Source: an uncultured bacterium (GTDB taxonomy: Bacteria > Omnitrophota > Omnitrophia > Omnitrophales > Aquincolibacteriaceae). From it: a stretch of DNA of 64,000 nucleotides. The stretch spans positions 165,855 through 229,854 of the forward strand of contig CAYSSX010000001.1 in the NCBI GenBank assembly GCA_964434115.1. The letters are read 5' to 3'. The notes under the pieces are model-generated. The model worked only from the letters and a program-made list of their open reading frames with translations. It was not told the DNA's origin and searched no databases. This document shows positions 7,618 to 16,508 of this stretch, in pieces (position 1 is the first letter of the stretch; the number at the start of each line of letters is the position of its first letter). Made by a program: the position numbers and the translations under genes.

Positions 7618-9290
7618 TTTTTCAGCGCCGGTTTCCGGTACAGTACAAAATCCCCTTCTGAAAAAAGTTTCTCATACCCTGCCCCGTCAAAATCCGCCAG
7701 TGTGTCTTCAAAGCTCTTGGTCTTAGGTTCCCAAAAGGTTTTATCGAAGATCAGATAATCCGCCTTCAGCTTCCCGGCCTGTTCGAGTTTGGTGGGCGTT
7801 GGGTTGTATTCCAGCTGGTACACGGTTTTTCTCCGTGACACTTGCGGGATCCAATTGTTGTGCGTCAGGACCGAAGCGTCGGGAGGAATCTGTGAAAGCG
7901 CGGCGCGCTTCGCGGGCGTGACCACGCTCCCGTTTTTTAAGCTGTTGTAAAAATAGTAATACTCGGAGGGGCCGGACCTGAGCAGGCTTGAGAGGACCAA
8001 GGCCGCGGCCAGCCACGAAGTGCGGCGCTTGAGCGCGGGAAATTTTTCAAGCACCACCCCGCAGCCATAGATGGCCGAGATGAAAACGAATGGCGAAAGT
8101 CCCGCTGTGTAGTGATAGCCGAAAGAACGGGTCACCGGGTTATCGGAAAGCAGGTTCTGGATCAGCACCGGTGCGGTCAAGAGCAGGGTCGGAAAGTGGA
8201 AAAAAGACAGGAAGAGCAGCGGTGAAAAAAGTTTTGCCGTGTAAGACAAGGAATCCGGACTCAAAAAACGCAGGAAGGCCCCGGCCGGATTCTGGGCCGC
8301 GCTTTTGTAAAAACCGGAATACAGATAGGCGTGGCCGCTGATTTCCGGGATCACCCAATGGGTCATTAGAAAAAGGTAAACCACGGAAAACAAAACCAGG
8401 GCTGAGCCCAGCACCTTCTGCTTTTCAAAGAAGACCAGCGTCAGCCCGAAAAAGAAAAGGATGCCGGAGAAATTCTCTTTGGCGGAAAGCGCCACGGCCA
8501 GCGCCGCGGCAAAAGCCGGCCAGCGGCGTTCTTTCATAAAAAGGAAGGCCAGAATGAGGACCGGCTGAGCCATCACTTCCGGATGAAAATCCTCGTGGAG
8601 AGCGCTGCGTTCCGGGTAAAAAAGAAAAAAGGCAAAAGCAAAGCAAAGGGCCAGACGCGGATCTTTTAAATGTTTCACCGTCAGGCTGTAGAGCGCCGGA
8701 ATGCAGAGCGCCAAGGCCGCGGCCTGAAGGAAAAGCAAAGTCCGGGGATCCTGCCACAGGGCATAAAAAGGCGTGAGCAAAAGCAGGAACGGGCTGAAGT
8801 GGTCCCCCAGCAGGCAGGTGTTGTCCTTCAGAGAAGAAAGCAGAAGGTTTCCGTGCACGGTGTTCCAAAGCGCCTGGTCAAAAATACCCAGGTCAAAGGC
8901 GCGGGTCTGCAGGCCTTCATGCCGGAACCATCCGATGATCATAGCCGAGGCCGCGTAGCAGAGCGTCAGAAGCAGGACTCCGCGCCGGGCGGTCTTTTCG
9001 GTAAGGGCGTTCCAGAAGCGCACGAGGTGAAGTTCCGGAAAAATCCGGGGTTTCCAAAAACGGGCGAAGATCAGGAGAAGAAAAAAAACGAGCGTTCCCG
9101 CGCGCACAATATTTCCGTAACGGTTTTTGGATTTCAGCGGGTGCATCCATCCCAGCTGAACAAGCGGAATCAGGTTAGTCAAAAGCGCGGCGGTGAGAAA
9201 CGCCAAAGCTGTTAAAAGCAGAAAATTCAAAAAGGCCTTTTCGCGGGCCGGGGTCATTGGGAAACCTCCACGGGCGGAGCCTTTCGCCAA
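7614..9290 (-). CDS. DUF2079-family polytopic membrane protein (GT-C-like putative glycosyltransferase)
   Basis: 558 aa. It has the RAFDLGIFDQALWN...HG motif characteristic of DUF2079 and more than 10 transmembrane segments. Its stop overlaps the convergent GT2 stop by 4 bp. Confidence 0.65.
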   Translation of the reverse strand: MAKGSARGGFPMTPAREKAFLNFLLLTALAFLTAALLTNLIPLVQLGWMHPLKSKNRYGNIVRAGTLVFFLLLIFARFWKPRIFPELHLVRFWNALTEKTARRGVLLLTLCYAASAMIIGWFRHEGLQTRAFDLGIFDQALWNTVHGNLLLSSLKDNTCLLGDHFSPFLLLLTPFYALWQDPRTLLFLQAAALALCIPALYSLTVKHLKDPRLALCFAFAFFLFYPERSALHEDFHPEVMAQPVLILAFLFMKERRWPAFAAALAVALSAKENFSGILFFFGLTLVFFEKQKVLGSALVLFSVVYLFLMTHWVIPEISGHAYLYSGFYKSAAQNPAGAFLRFLSPDSLSYTAKLFSPLLFLSFFHFPTLLLTAPVLIQNLLSDNPVTRSFGYHYTAGLSPFVFISAIYGCGVVLEKFPALKRRTSWLAAALVLSSLLRSGPSEYYYFYNSLKNGSVVTPAKRAALSQIPPDASVLTHNNWIPQVSRRKTVYQLEYNPTPTKLEQAGKLKADYLIFDKTFWEPKTKSFEDTLADFDGAGYEKLFSEGDFVLYRKPALKN

Positions 9291-10885
9291 AGTGTAAAAC
9301 CACCCTGGTCCTGGATTTTTGTGTACCCCGTCTGAGTCAGCTCGGCATACGCCTGGGGTTCCTTGTCTCCGAGAAACATCCGGTCAAGGGCCGTGTATTC
9401 TGAGGCCAAGGCCTTGGCGGATCCGCCTTCCTTGGGGTGATGATTTTCAAAAATATGCAGCTCTTTGCGGTTCACGGCCTGCGGCGCCAGAAACTCGTGG
9501 GTGCGCAGCGACGCGGCCGGCGGAAGCGCGGCGAGCTCTCTTTGCACCCAGCGGGTATGCGCCGAGATTTTCGAGGCATGTTCTCCCAGAACATAAAACT
9601 CCGGGACGCCGGAAAAAAGAACGGCCGCGCCGATCAGGACATAGGGCGCGGATCTCCGTGACCTGACACGCTTCCAGCCAGCCAGCGCGGAGATGACGAC
9701 ATAGGGCGTGAGCAGCGCCGTGTATTGAAAAAAAATCGAACGGGTGGCGTCATTCCGGGAAATCAGATTCTGGGCCAGCATGGGCAGGGTCAGTAAAAAA
9801 GCCGCGGGGCTGAGAAAACTGAGAAACGCGAAAGGAGCGAAGATTTTAACAAGATAGGAAACCGAAGGCCCTGAAAGGAGCTGCTGAAAAAGGGCGCCTG
9901 TCCCCTCCTTTTTCCAGGCCAGAAAATTGCCGCCCAGATAAAAGTAATCCGCGCCGGAGAAATGCGGAATCCAGATCTTTATGGCGGCCGTGAGATACGC
10001 GGCTGAAAAAAACATCCAGAAAATGCCGAAAAGCTTTTTCTTTTGAAAAGCGGCCGCGTAAAACCCCGCCCCAAAAAGCACGAGCGCGGTATTTTCTTTT
10101 GCCGCGAGCGCGGTGAGCATGCAGAGACCGGCGAAAAAGAGTTTCCCGCTTTCCAGAAAATAAAAGGCCCAGAGCAGGAGCGGAAAGGCTAAAACTTCCG
10201 GGTGAAAATCAAAACGCACGGAATTTCGGAGCGGCAGATAAAGCGCCAGAGCCAGAACAAACAAGGCCGCTGTTTTTGCGTCCTGGCGGCGGGCCAGAAA
10301 ATAAACCGGAAACACGGCGGACGCGGCGCTGACGGCCTGAAGAAGCAAAAGGCAGCGCGGGTCGGGCCAAAGCGCGTAAGGCAGCGCCAGCACAGCCAGG
10401 AGCGGGCTGAAATGATCTCCCAGCAGGCAGATGCCGCCTTTGATCGAGGAGTAAAGAAAGTCGCCGTGAAGTGTGTTCCAGACCGCTTGAGCGAAAATCG
10501 CCAGGTCAAAACTGCTGTGCAAAGCGTCATGCCTGACGCAGGAAGAACTTGTCCAAAGCGCGGCCAGGAATAAAAAAAGGCCGCAGGTGAACAGGCCCGG
10601 ATGCTTTAAAACCCAGGCCGCGGCCCGGTAAGCAAGTGAGGGCTTCGCGTCCCCGCCCTTGGTTTGGACCGGACGAAGCCAGGCCCACAAAAGCGTGAAC
10701 ACGGGAAAGGCCGTGATGAAAACGCGGTGAATCCAGGGCTTTTGCTGAATGATTTCGTGCAGCGATCCCTGAAAAAGAAACCCGGCCCCGCTCAGGCTGA
10801 GAAAAAGACTGAGCCCGGCGGCGGCATCAAAAAGCCGGGACTCGGCGCTTCCCGTGCCGGCGGTGTTAGTCTGGGAGTTAACCAT
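9254..10885 (-). CDS. DUF2079-family polytopic membrane protein (paralog of 7614..9290)
   Basis: 543 aa. It has SSFDLAIFAQAVWNTLHG...CLLGDHFSP and the same architecture as the adjacent paralog. This is a tandem duplication. Confidence 0.65.
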   Translation of the reverse strand: MVNSQTNTAGTGSAESRLFDAAAGLSLFLSLSGAGFLFQGSLHEIIQQKPWIHRVFITAFPVFTLLWAWLRPVQTKGGDAKPSLAYRAAAWVLKHPGLFTCGLFLFLAALWTSSSCVRHDALHSSFDLAIFAQAVWNTLHGDFLYSSIKGGICLLGDHFSPLLAVLALPYALWPDPRCLLLLQAVSAASAVFPVYFLARRQDAKTAALFVLALALYLPLRNSVRFDFHPEVLAFPLLLWAFYFLESGKLFFAGLCMLTALAAKENTALVLFGAGFYAAAFQKKKLFGIFWMFFSAAYLTAAIKIWIPHFSGADYFYLGGNFLAWKKEGTGALFQQLLSGPSVSYLVKIFAPFAFLSFLSPAAFLLTLPMLAQNLISRNDATRSIFFQYTALLTPYVVISALAGWKRVRSRRSAPYVLIGAAVLFSGVPEFYVLGEHASKISAHTRWVQRELAALPPAASLRTHEFLAPQAVNRKELHIFENHHPKEGGSAKALASEYTALDRMFLGDKEPQAYAELTQTGYTKIQDQGGFTLWRKAPPVEVSQ

Positions 10886-11972
10886 GGCTTTTTAAAAACT
10901 CCAGCAGTGTCCGCGCCACAAGGTCATGCCCTTCGGCGGTCCAGTGCAGATCGTCGGGAATGTACCAGGCCTCAATGGGTTTGCGCGTGAGCCCTTCTTT
11001 AAAGACAGGCGTAAGGTCCACGGCCCGCACCTGGCTTTTTCCGGCAAGGCGGAGCATGGAATCCCGGACCGGCTCCACGGTTCCCGTAATCCAGCGCATG
11101 GGCGGAACAATGACGAGCACGGGTTCACTGCCGTTCTGTCTGACGGTTTCAAAAAGACGTTTCAGGATTTCCCGTCCGAGCACCCATTCCCTTCCGCTTT
11201 CCGGGTCTTCGAGGCCCGCCTTTTTGAGAACCCGCCCCGAGAGTTTCCCGCTCAGGCGCACGAGCGCGGAATGATCCAGAAGTTTGAGAAAGAAAGGCCT
11301 GCCCGGATTCAGGTCAAAAAACTGGCTTCCCTGATAATGTCTTGGCGGCGGCACCGGGACTTGATGCAATTTGAGTCCGCCGGCCTCCAGCGTAAAATAG
11401 GGCTTGCCGTAACCCGCATCCGTGAAGCTCCGCGTCGCGCGCCAAAAGTCTTCGGGGTAGACCGCGATAAAAGTCACGGCCGGTTTGCAGGCAAATCCAA
11501 AGTCTTCCACAAGCAAAGCCATTTGATCCACGCCATAACCGGCCACGCCCAGATTGAGAACGTCCAGGGAAGGCTGAAGGGTTTCCATGCGCGCAGCGAA
11601 AGTTTCTTCGTCCCGCACGCCGAAACCAAAGGTAAAACTGTCCCCCACGGCATAAATGCGTTTCTTTCCGCTGATTTCAAAAGGGGGGTATTCCCGTTTG
11701 CCGCGCAGTCCCCGCGAGTTGGTGGAGAGCGGAATCTTTAAGTTGTTTTTAACCAGAGAGGCTTGCTTGCTTTTTTGATGGAACCAGCCGAGACGCGGAT
11801 GGTATTCAATCCACTGCTCTTCGGGGATTTTGGCCCAATCCGCGGGCGGAGCCGGCAGCGGTTCCGCGGCAGGCATCAGGATTCTGGCTCCGGCTTCAAG
11901 GACGCCAAGGACCAGCGCCAAGGTGAGGCCGTAAAAGAGCATTTTTTTCCGGGTGGAAAGGACGGAGGTCAC
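10878..11972 (-). CDS. SGNH/GDSL hydrolase-family protein (putative polysaccharide O-acyl esterase/transferase)
   Basis: GDSFTFG block I motif, an N-terminal signal/anchor helix, and DxxH near the C-terminus (DDLHWTAEGH). Confidence 0.65.
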   Translation of the reverse strand: MTSVLSTRKKMLFYGLTLALVLGVLEAGARILMPAAEPLPAPPADWAKIPEEQWIEYHPRLGWFHQKSKQASLVKNNLKIPLSTNSRGLRGKREYPPFEISGKKRIYAVGDSFTFGFGVRDEETFAARMETLQPSLDVLNLGVAGYGVDQMALLVEDFGFACKPAVTFIAVYPEDFWRATRSFTDAGYGKPYFTLEAGGLKLHQVPVPPPRHYQGSQFFDLNPGRPFFLKLLDHSALVRLSGKLSGRVLKKAGLEDPESGREWVLGREILKRLFETVRQNGSEPVLVIVPPMRWITGTVEPVRDSMLRLAGKSQVRAVDLTPVFKEGLTRKPIEAWYIPDDLHWTAEGHDLVARTLLEFLKSHG

Positions 11973-12811
11973 GAAGACTTTTTCTCCTCCCTTTTTGGGG
12001 AAAAAGTAAAAGTTTCATCAAATTCTTCGTCGACCTTTTTCTTCACAATCACATAACTGTACTTGAGAAGCGTGATGGCAAGGATGACCGGGGCGTAATA
12101 AACAAAGGCAAGAAAGCGAAAATCAGCACCCTTGAAAATAAAAAGCTCAAGCACGGCGAGCACGGTCAGAGCATTCATCAGTACGTGAATCTCGCAGCTT
12201 TTATGGAGAAAGGAAAACAGGCGTTTGGGAATTCCCCGGGAAGGCGGCAGGGAATCTCCCCCGCTTGCCGGAGAAGGGCCGCTTTTTACGGCAAGCCCGA
12301 TGGCCCCGGCCTGCTCAAGCTTTTCGACAAAGGCCTTGCTCTTGATGTCGTGTAAAAGATTGAAAAGCGTCATGGAAAAAGCCGTAAGCACGGCCAGAAC
12401 GACTCCGGGCGCGTCGAGGCCTCCGGCCGCGGCAAAGGCCATCCCCAGTCCAAGAACAGCCGCGGCGTGCACCATGTGATGCATGAGAAAATCAAAAAAG
12501 CGTCCGGTCAGGCAGGCGGTTTTGCGGTACCGGGCAATCTGCCCGTCCACATGGTCCAGGTAATACCAAAGCTGGAGCAAAAAGACGGCCGCGAGAAAGC
12601 AGCCGCTTCCCGGCAAAGCCAGAAAAAGACAGGCCGCGAGTCCGGTGAGAAGAGCCGCGAGCGTGACCTGATCCGCGGTGACCGGTGTGTGCAGCAAGAG
12701 CCACGTGCAGGGAAGCGCGGCATCACGCAAAAAAGTGCGCACCATCCAGTTCCCTTTTTTCTTGTAGTCCGGTTTCTGGCAGATCTTACCGAGTTCAGAA
12801 AGAGATTCCAA
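11969..12811 (-). CDS. CDP-alcohol phosphatidyltransferase-family membrane protein
   Basis: The DHVDGQIAR...G...D motif (D-x2-D-G-x2-A-R) lies within a polytopic membrane protein of 280 aa. Confidence 0.6.
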   Translation of the reverse strand: MESLSELGKICQKPDYKKKGNWMVRTFLRDAALPCTWLLLHTPVTADQVTLAALLTGLAACLFLALPGSGCFLAAVFLLQLWYYLDHVDGQIARYRKTACLTGRFFDFLMHHMVHAAAVLGLGMAFAAAGGLDAPGVVLAVLTAFSMTLFNLLHDIKSKAFVEKLEQAGAIGLAVKSGPSPASGGDSLPPSRGIPKRLFSFLHKSCEIHVLMNALTVLAVLELFIFKGADFRFLAFVYYAPVILAITLLKYSYVIVKKKVDEEFDETFTFSPKREEKKSS

Positions 12812-12813
12812 AA

Positions 12814-14244
12814 TCAGGCTCCTTGCAAAGAGGGGCGTCCCGGAATTTCGTGCCCCCGCGCTGCTTTTAACTTTAAAAATTCATCATGGGTTTCAAGGTA
12901 AACCGTGCCGACAAGGACCGGTATCCAGACAAAGAACTGGAGGAAGTAGGACTCCATAAGCATGCTCAGAAACCAGGTCACGAGCGCGCACAAGGCCACG
13001 GCCGCCAGAGTTTCCTCGCGGCAGGAACTCGGACACCGGGAAGCCTTTCTCAGTTTCACGCCCAGACGGACGGCAAAAAACAGGAACAAGAAAAAGCCCG
13101 CACTTCCCGTGGCCCCGAGCAAAAGAAAAAACAGCCCGTGAAAATCCACAACCTGGGGCACAAAACCCACGCCGGTGAAGGGATGCTCCATCAGGATGGC
13201 CTTAAGCATGTGCAGATCACGCAGTCTGAAGATTCCGAGAAAACCGAAGTTCTGCTGGTCCTGCAGGGTGTATTGCCAATATCCCGGGTCGAAAATCTGC
13301 GGCATCTTGACCACGCGCGACATAATCGATTCATTGACCAGACACAAGGCGGTGGTCACGCCGATGAGGATCACGGCCAGAAAAGGCGCGAGCTGGAGGC
13401 CGCGGGTGCAGACATTGCTTTTCTTGGTGCGCCACAGCCACAGCGGAATCACGACAAGGAAACTGATCCAGGCCGTGCGCGAACACGTGGCCACAAGCGC
13501 TGAAAAGATGACCGTCACCACCGTGACTGAAATGGCGTGAGAAAAACGCCTTTGCGGAAAGCCGAAAAAATACAAGGCAAACCAAAGCGATAATGCGGTC
13601 AGGATGCCCAGGTGGTTATTATGGATAATGTCTGTTCTCCAAAGCGGCAGCACGGAAAGCTCGGGAATCACAATCGCGGCAATTTGTAAAAGCACGCCAA
13701 AAAGAAAAAAACGCAGAGCATCGCCGAGAATTTTGAGCCTTTGCTGGGGTTCAAAGCCAAGCAAAACGCCCCCGACCGCGGTAATCATCAAGATGACCAA
13801 AGAGAGGTTCGCGGGAATCATCAGGGCCTTCCTGTCCGCGCCCAGGTAGGAAAAATTCCAGAATCCGATGGCGATAATCCCGGCCAACGGCAGAAAATGC
13901 CGGACTATTTTCCCAGCCCTTCGAAGATCTCCGGGTAAATCCCCTTTCATGATGCGCACCAAAAGGAGAATGCCTAAGGAAAGGTGAAAGTGTTTCACCG
14001 TGAACCAGGCGTTTTCCAGAAAACCCGCGGGATTAAAAAAGGCGCTGTTAAAAAAGACCGCGTAGAGCGCGTAGCGGATATCGAGCACAAAGAGAATGGA
14101 TTGAAAAATCCATCCAATACGGGCAAAGGCCAAAAAGGAACCCTGAAAATGAACCACCACAAGCGAGGCCACAAAAAAAAGATCGAGAAGGATCCGGGTG
14201 CGGAATTTCTCCTGCGGTGCCGCGGATGGGATCGCCGGGTTCAT
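12814..14244 (-). CDS. O-antigen ligase/polymerase family (Wzy_C) membrane protein, second copy
   Basis: 476 aa and polytopic, with the CSRTAWISFLVVIPLWL motif typical of Wzy_C. Confidence 0.7.
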   Translation of the reverse strand: MNPAIPSAAPQEKFRTRILLDLFFVASLVVVHFQGSFLAFARIGWIFQSILFVLDIRYALYAVFFNSAFFNPAGFLENAWFTVKHFHLSLGILLLVRIMKGDLPGDLRRAGKIVRHFLPLAGIIAIGFWNFSYLGADRKALMIPANLSLVILMITAVGGVLLGFEPQQRLKILGDALRFFLFGVLLQIAAIVIPELSVLPLWRTDIIHNNHLGILTALSLWFALYFFGFPQRRFSHAISVTVVTVIFSALVATCSRTAWISFLVVIPLWLWRTKKSNVCTRGLQLAPFLAVILIGVTTALCLVNESIMSRVVKMPQIFDPGYWQYTLQDQQNFGFLGIFRLRDLHMLKAILMEHPFTGVGFVPQVVDFHGLFFLLLGATGSAGFFLFLFFAVRLGVKLRKASRCPSSCREETLAAVALCALVTWFLSMLMESYFLQFFVWIPVLVGTVYLETHDEFLKLKAARGHEIPGRPSLQGA

Positions 14245-15293
14245 AGAGCTGTCTTGCCCCGCAGAATGCTTTCATAGGCTTCGAGGTTTTTTTTAGCGGC
14301 CTGCGGCCAAAGGTAATGAGACTGAATATGAATTCTGAGGTCCGGGGTTTTGGGCAGAGCGAGCGCCTGCAAAACCGCGCGGCGGATACTTTCCGGATTT
14401 GACGGGGAAACGTAGTGCGCGAAATTCTGGAAATATTCCCGTGTCGCCCCTTCCTCGGTAATCACGACCTTGGCCCCCGCGAGACCGGCTTCCAAAGCCG
14501 CGAGGCCCGGGGTTTCAAGCCAGGTGCCGAGCACAAAGGTGTCGCAGGCCGCGTAGGCGGAACGCAGCAGTTCCGAGCCGTGAGGCAGTCCGCCGAGAAA
14601 GTGGATGTTCTTGTCCGCTTCGGCCTTGCACGCCGCTTCATAGGCTTCATACCCGGGAACGCAGTCTCCGATCATGACCACGGGTTTGGGCATTCCTTTG
14701 AGCGCGCGGATCACGTTGAGCTGGTTCTTGCGCGGCTCAATACGGCCCACGCACAAAATAAAATCCTTGAAACCGAACTTCTGGACAAAGGGTTCGGGAC
14801 TCGCATCCGCAAAGGCCGGGTCCGCGGCATTCGGAATGACTTTTATTTTATTGCTGGGAACTTGAAAGAAACTTTCCAGCTGGCAGGCTTCGCTTTCCGA
14901 ATTGGGCAAAAGAAGATCCGCAATTTGCATCATGCGTTTTCTTTCCGAGGGCAGAAAAGGCAGCCAGCACTTGGCGGCGTGGCGGGCTAGGGACAGCGCC
15001 CGGGTTTTGCAATCCGGGTAAGTTCCCCACGCGGATTTCCAGCTGTACCAGCACACGGTGGAAAGCACGTTCTTGGTTCCGGCGAGTTTTGCGGTTTCCA
15101 TCATCCGGAGCGCGTCTTTGACCGAGCCGAAGGTGTGAAGAATATCAAAGTTTTTCAGTTTGTCGTTCCAGGGGTCAAAGAGTTTGACCTCGGCGCCTTC
15201 TTTTTCAAGGTATTCCTTGGTTTTCAGGAGAAGGATTTCTCCCCCGCCCGGAGATTGAAAGGCCACCGGGTAAACGTAAAAGGCGATTCTCAT
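14241..15293 (-). CDS. GT4 family glycosyltransferase
   Basis: GT-B fold with the E-x7-E region (LETPGLAALEAGLAGAKVV); 350 aa. Confidence 0.75.
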   Translation of the reverse strand: MRIAFYVYPVAFQSPGGGEILLLKTKEYLEKEGAEVKLFDPWNDKLKNFDILHTFGSVKDALRMMETAKLAGTKNVLSTVCWYSWKSAWGTYPDCKTRALSLARHAAKCWLPFLPSERKRMMQIADLLLPNSESEACQLESFFQVPSNKIKVIPNAADPAFADASPEPFVQKFGFKDFILCVGRIEPRKNQLNVIRALKGMPKPVVMIGDCVPGYEAYEAACKAEADKNIHFLGGLPHGSELLRSAYAACDTFVLGTWLETPGLAALEAGLAGAKVVITEEGATREYFQNFAHYVSPSNPESIRRAVLQALALPKTPDLRIHIQSHYLWPQAAKKNLEAYESILRGKTAL

Positions 15294-16468
15294 CGCGCCC
15301 TTCTCTTTTCCACAAGGCGGGTCTTGGGAACAGGCCTGCTTTCGGTGTTCAGGCGGCCGGAATTAAGCTCGCGGTCCAGCACTGACAAGATACGTTTGCA
15401 GGATTTTCCGTCGCCGTAGGGATTGCGTTTGACCTGCATGGAGGCGTAAAGCCGGGGTGAAGCAAGAAGGCGGCTGGTTTCCCGCAGGATTTTATTTGCG
15501 TCCGTTCCCACCAGTTTGGCGCAGCCGGCCCGGATGCCTTCCCCTCGTTCCGTGACATTGCGGAGAATCAGCACGGGCTTTCCAAAAGACGGGGCTTCTT
15601 CCTGAATGCCGCCGGAGTCCGTCAACACCGCGTAGCAATTTTTTAAAATCCAGCACGTCTCTTCATAGGAAAACGGGCGCATGAGGTGAATGCGTTCACA
15701 GCCTCCCAGGGCTTCGTGCGCCGGTCCCGAGACATTCGGATTCAGATGAACCGGGTAAACAATTTCCACGTCTTTGTGCCTGGCCGCAATTTTTTTAAGG
15801 CCCAGAAAAATCTGCCTCAGCCCTTCGCCGAAACTTTCCCGGCGGTGCGCCGTGACAAAAAGGATTTTTTTGGCCTTGTCGATTTTCCGGAAAAGCGGAT
15901 AGGAGGCGCGTACGTTTTGGGCCGCGAGTTCCACGGTGTCGACAATGGTGTTGCCGATTTGAAAAATCGCGGCTTTAGGAATGCCTTCGTTGATCAGGTT
16001 GGAGGTGGCGGTGCGCGTCGGAGTAAAGTGAATGTCCGCCAAATGCGACAGCAGTTTGCGGTTCATTTCCTCGGGAAAGGGCTGAAACTTGTTCCAGGTC
16101 CGGAGCCCGGCTTCAAGATGCGCGATGGGAACCTTGGCGTAGAAACTCGCGATGCCGACCATCAGCGCGGTGGCCGTATCCCCCTGCACAAAAACAATGT
16201 CAGGCTGCGTTTTCCGGATGATTTGCCCAAAACGGGAAATCACGCGGCCGCTGACGTATTCCAGCGTCTGGTTCACGCGCATGAGTTTTAAATCCGCATG
16301 GACTTTGAATTGAAAAAAATCAATCACCTGGTCCAGCATCTGGCGGTGCTGGCCCGTGATGCAGACATACGGCTGATAACGGCCGGAGGTTTCCAGTGCC
16401 TTGATGAGCGGCGCGAATTTCAGCGCCTCAGGGCGCGTGCCAAAAGCAATCAGAACCCGTTTTTTCAT
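15290..16468 (-). CDS. wecB: UDP-N-acetylglucosamine 2-epimerase (WecB/NeuC family)
   Basis: KKRVLIAFGTRPEALKFAPLIKAL..., VTAHRRES and the DSGGIQEEAPSFGKPVLILR motif. The 38-aa N-terminal extension in the track is spurious, so the start is set at the internal ATG at 16468. Confidence 0.85.
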   Translation of the reverse strand: MKKRVLIAFGTRPEALKFAPLIKALETSGRYQPYVCITGQHRQMLDQVIDFFQFKVHADLKLMRVNQTLEYVSGRVISRFGQIIRKTQPDIVFVQGDTATALMVGIASFYAKVPIAHLEAGLRTWNKFQPFPEEMNRKLLSHLADIHFTPTRTATSNLINEGIPKAAIFQIGNTIVDTVELAAQNVRASYPLFRKIDKAKKILFVTAHRRESFGEGLRQIFLGLKKIAARHKDVEIVYPVHLNPNVSGPAHEALGGCERIHLMRPFSYEETCWILKNCYAVLTDSGGIQEEAPSFGKPVLILRNVTERGEGIRAGCAKLVGTDANKILRETSRLLASPRLYASMQVKRNPYGDGKSCKRILSVLDRELNSGRLNTESRPVPKTRLVEKRRAR

Positions 16469-16508
16469 GAAGGTGTCCGTTGTAAGGTCCGGTGCCGGGC
16501 CGGACGAA

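Noticed and set aside
7601-7640. Bidirectional terminator between the convergent GT2 and DUF2079 genes
   Set aside because: There is only a weak 5-bp stem (ccggc/gccgg) with a 12-nt loop and no flanking T-run. The stop codons overlap, which leaves no spacer. This is not convincing as an intrinsic terminator.
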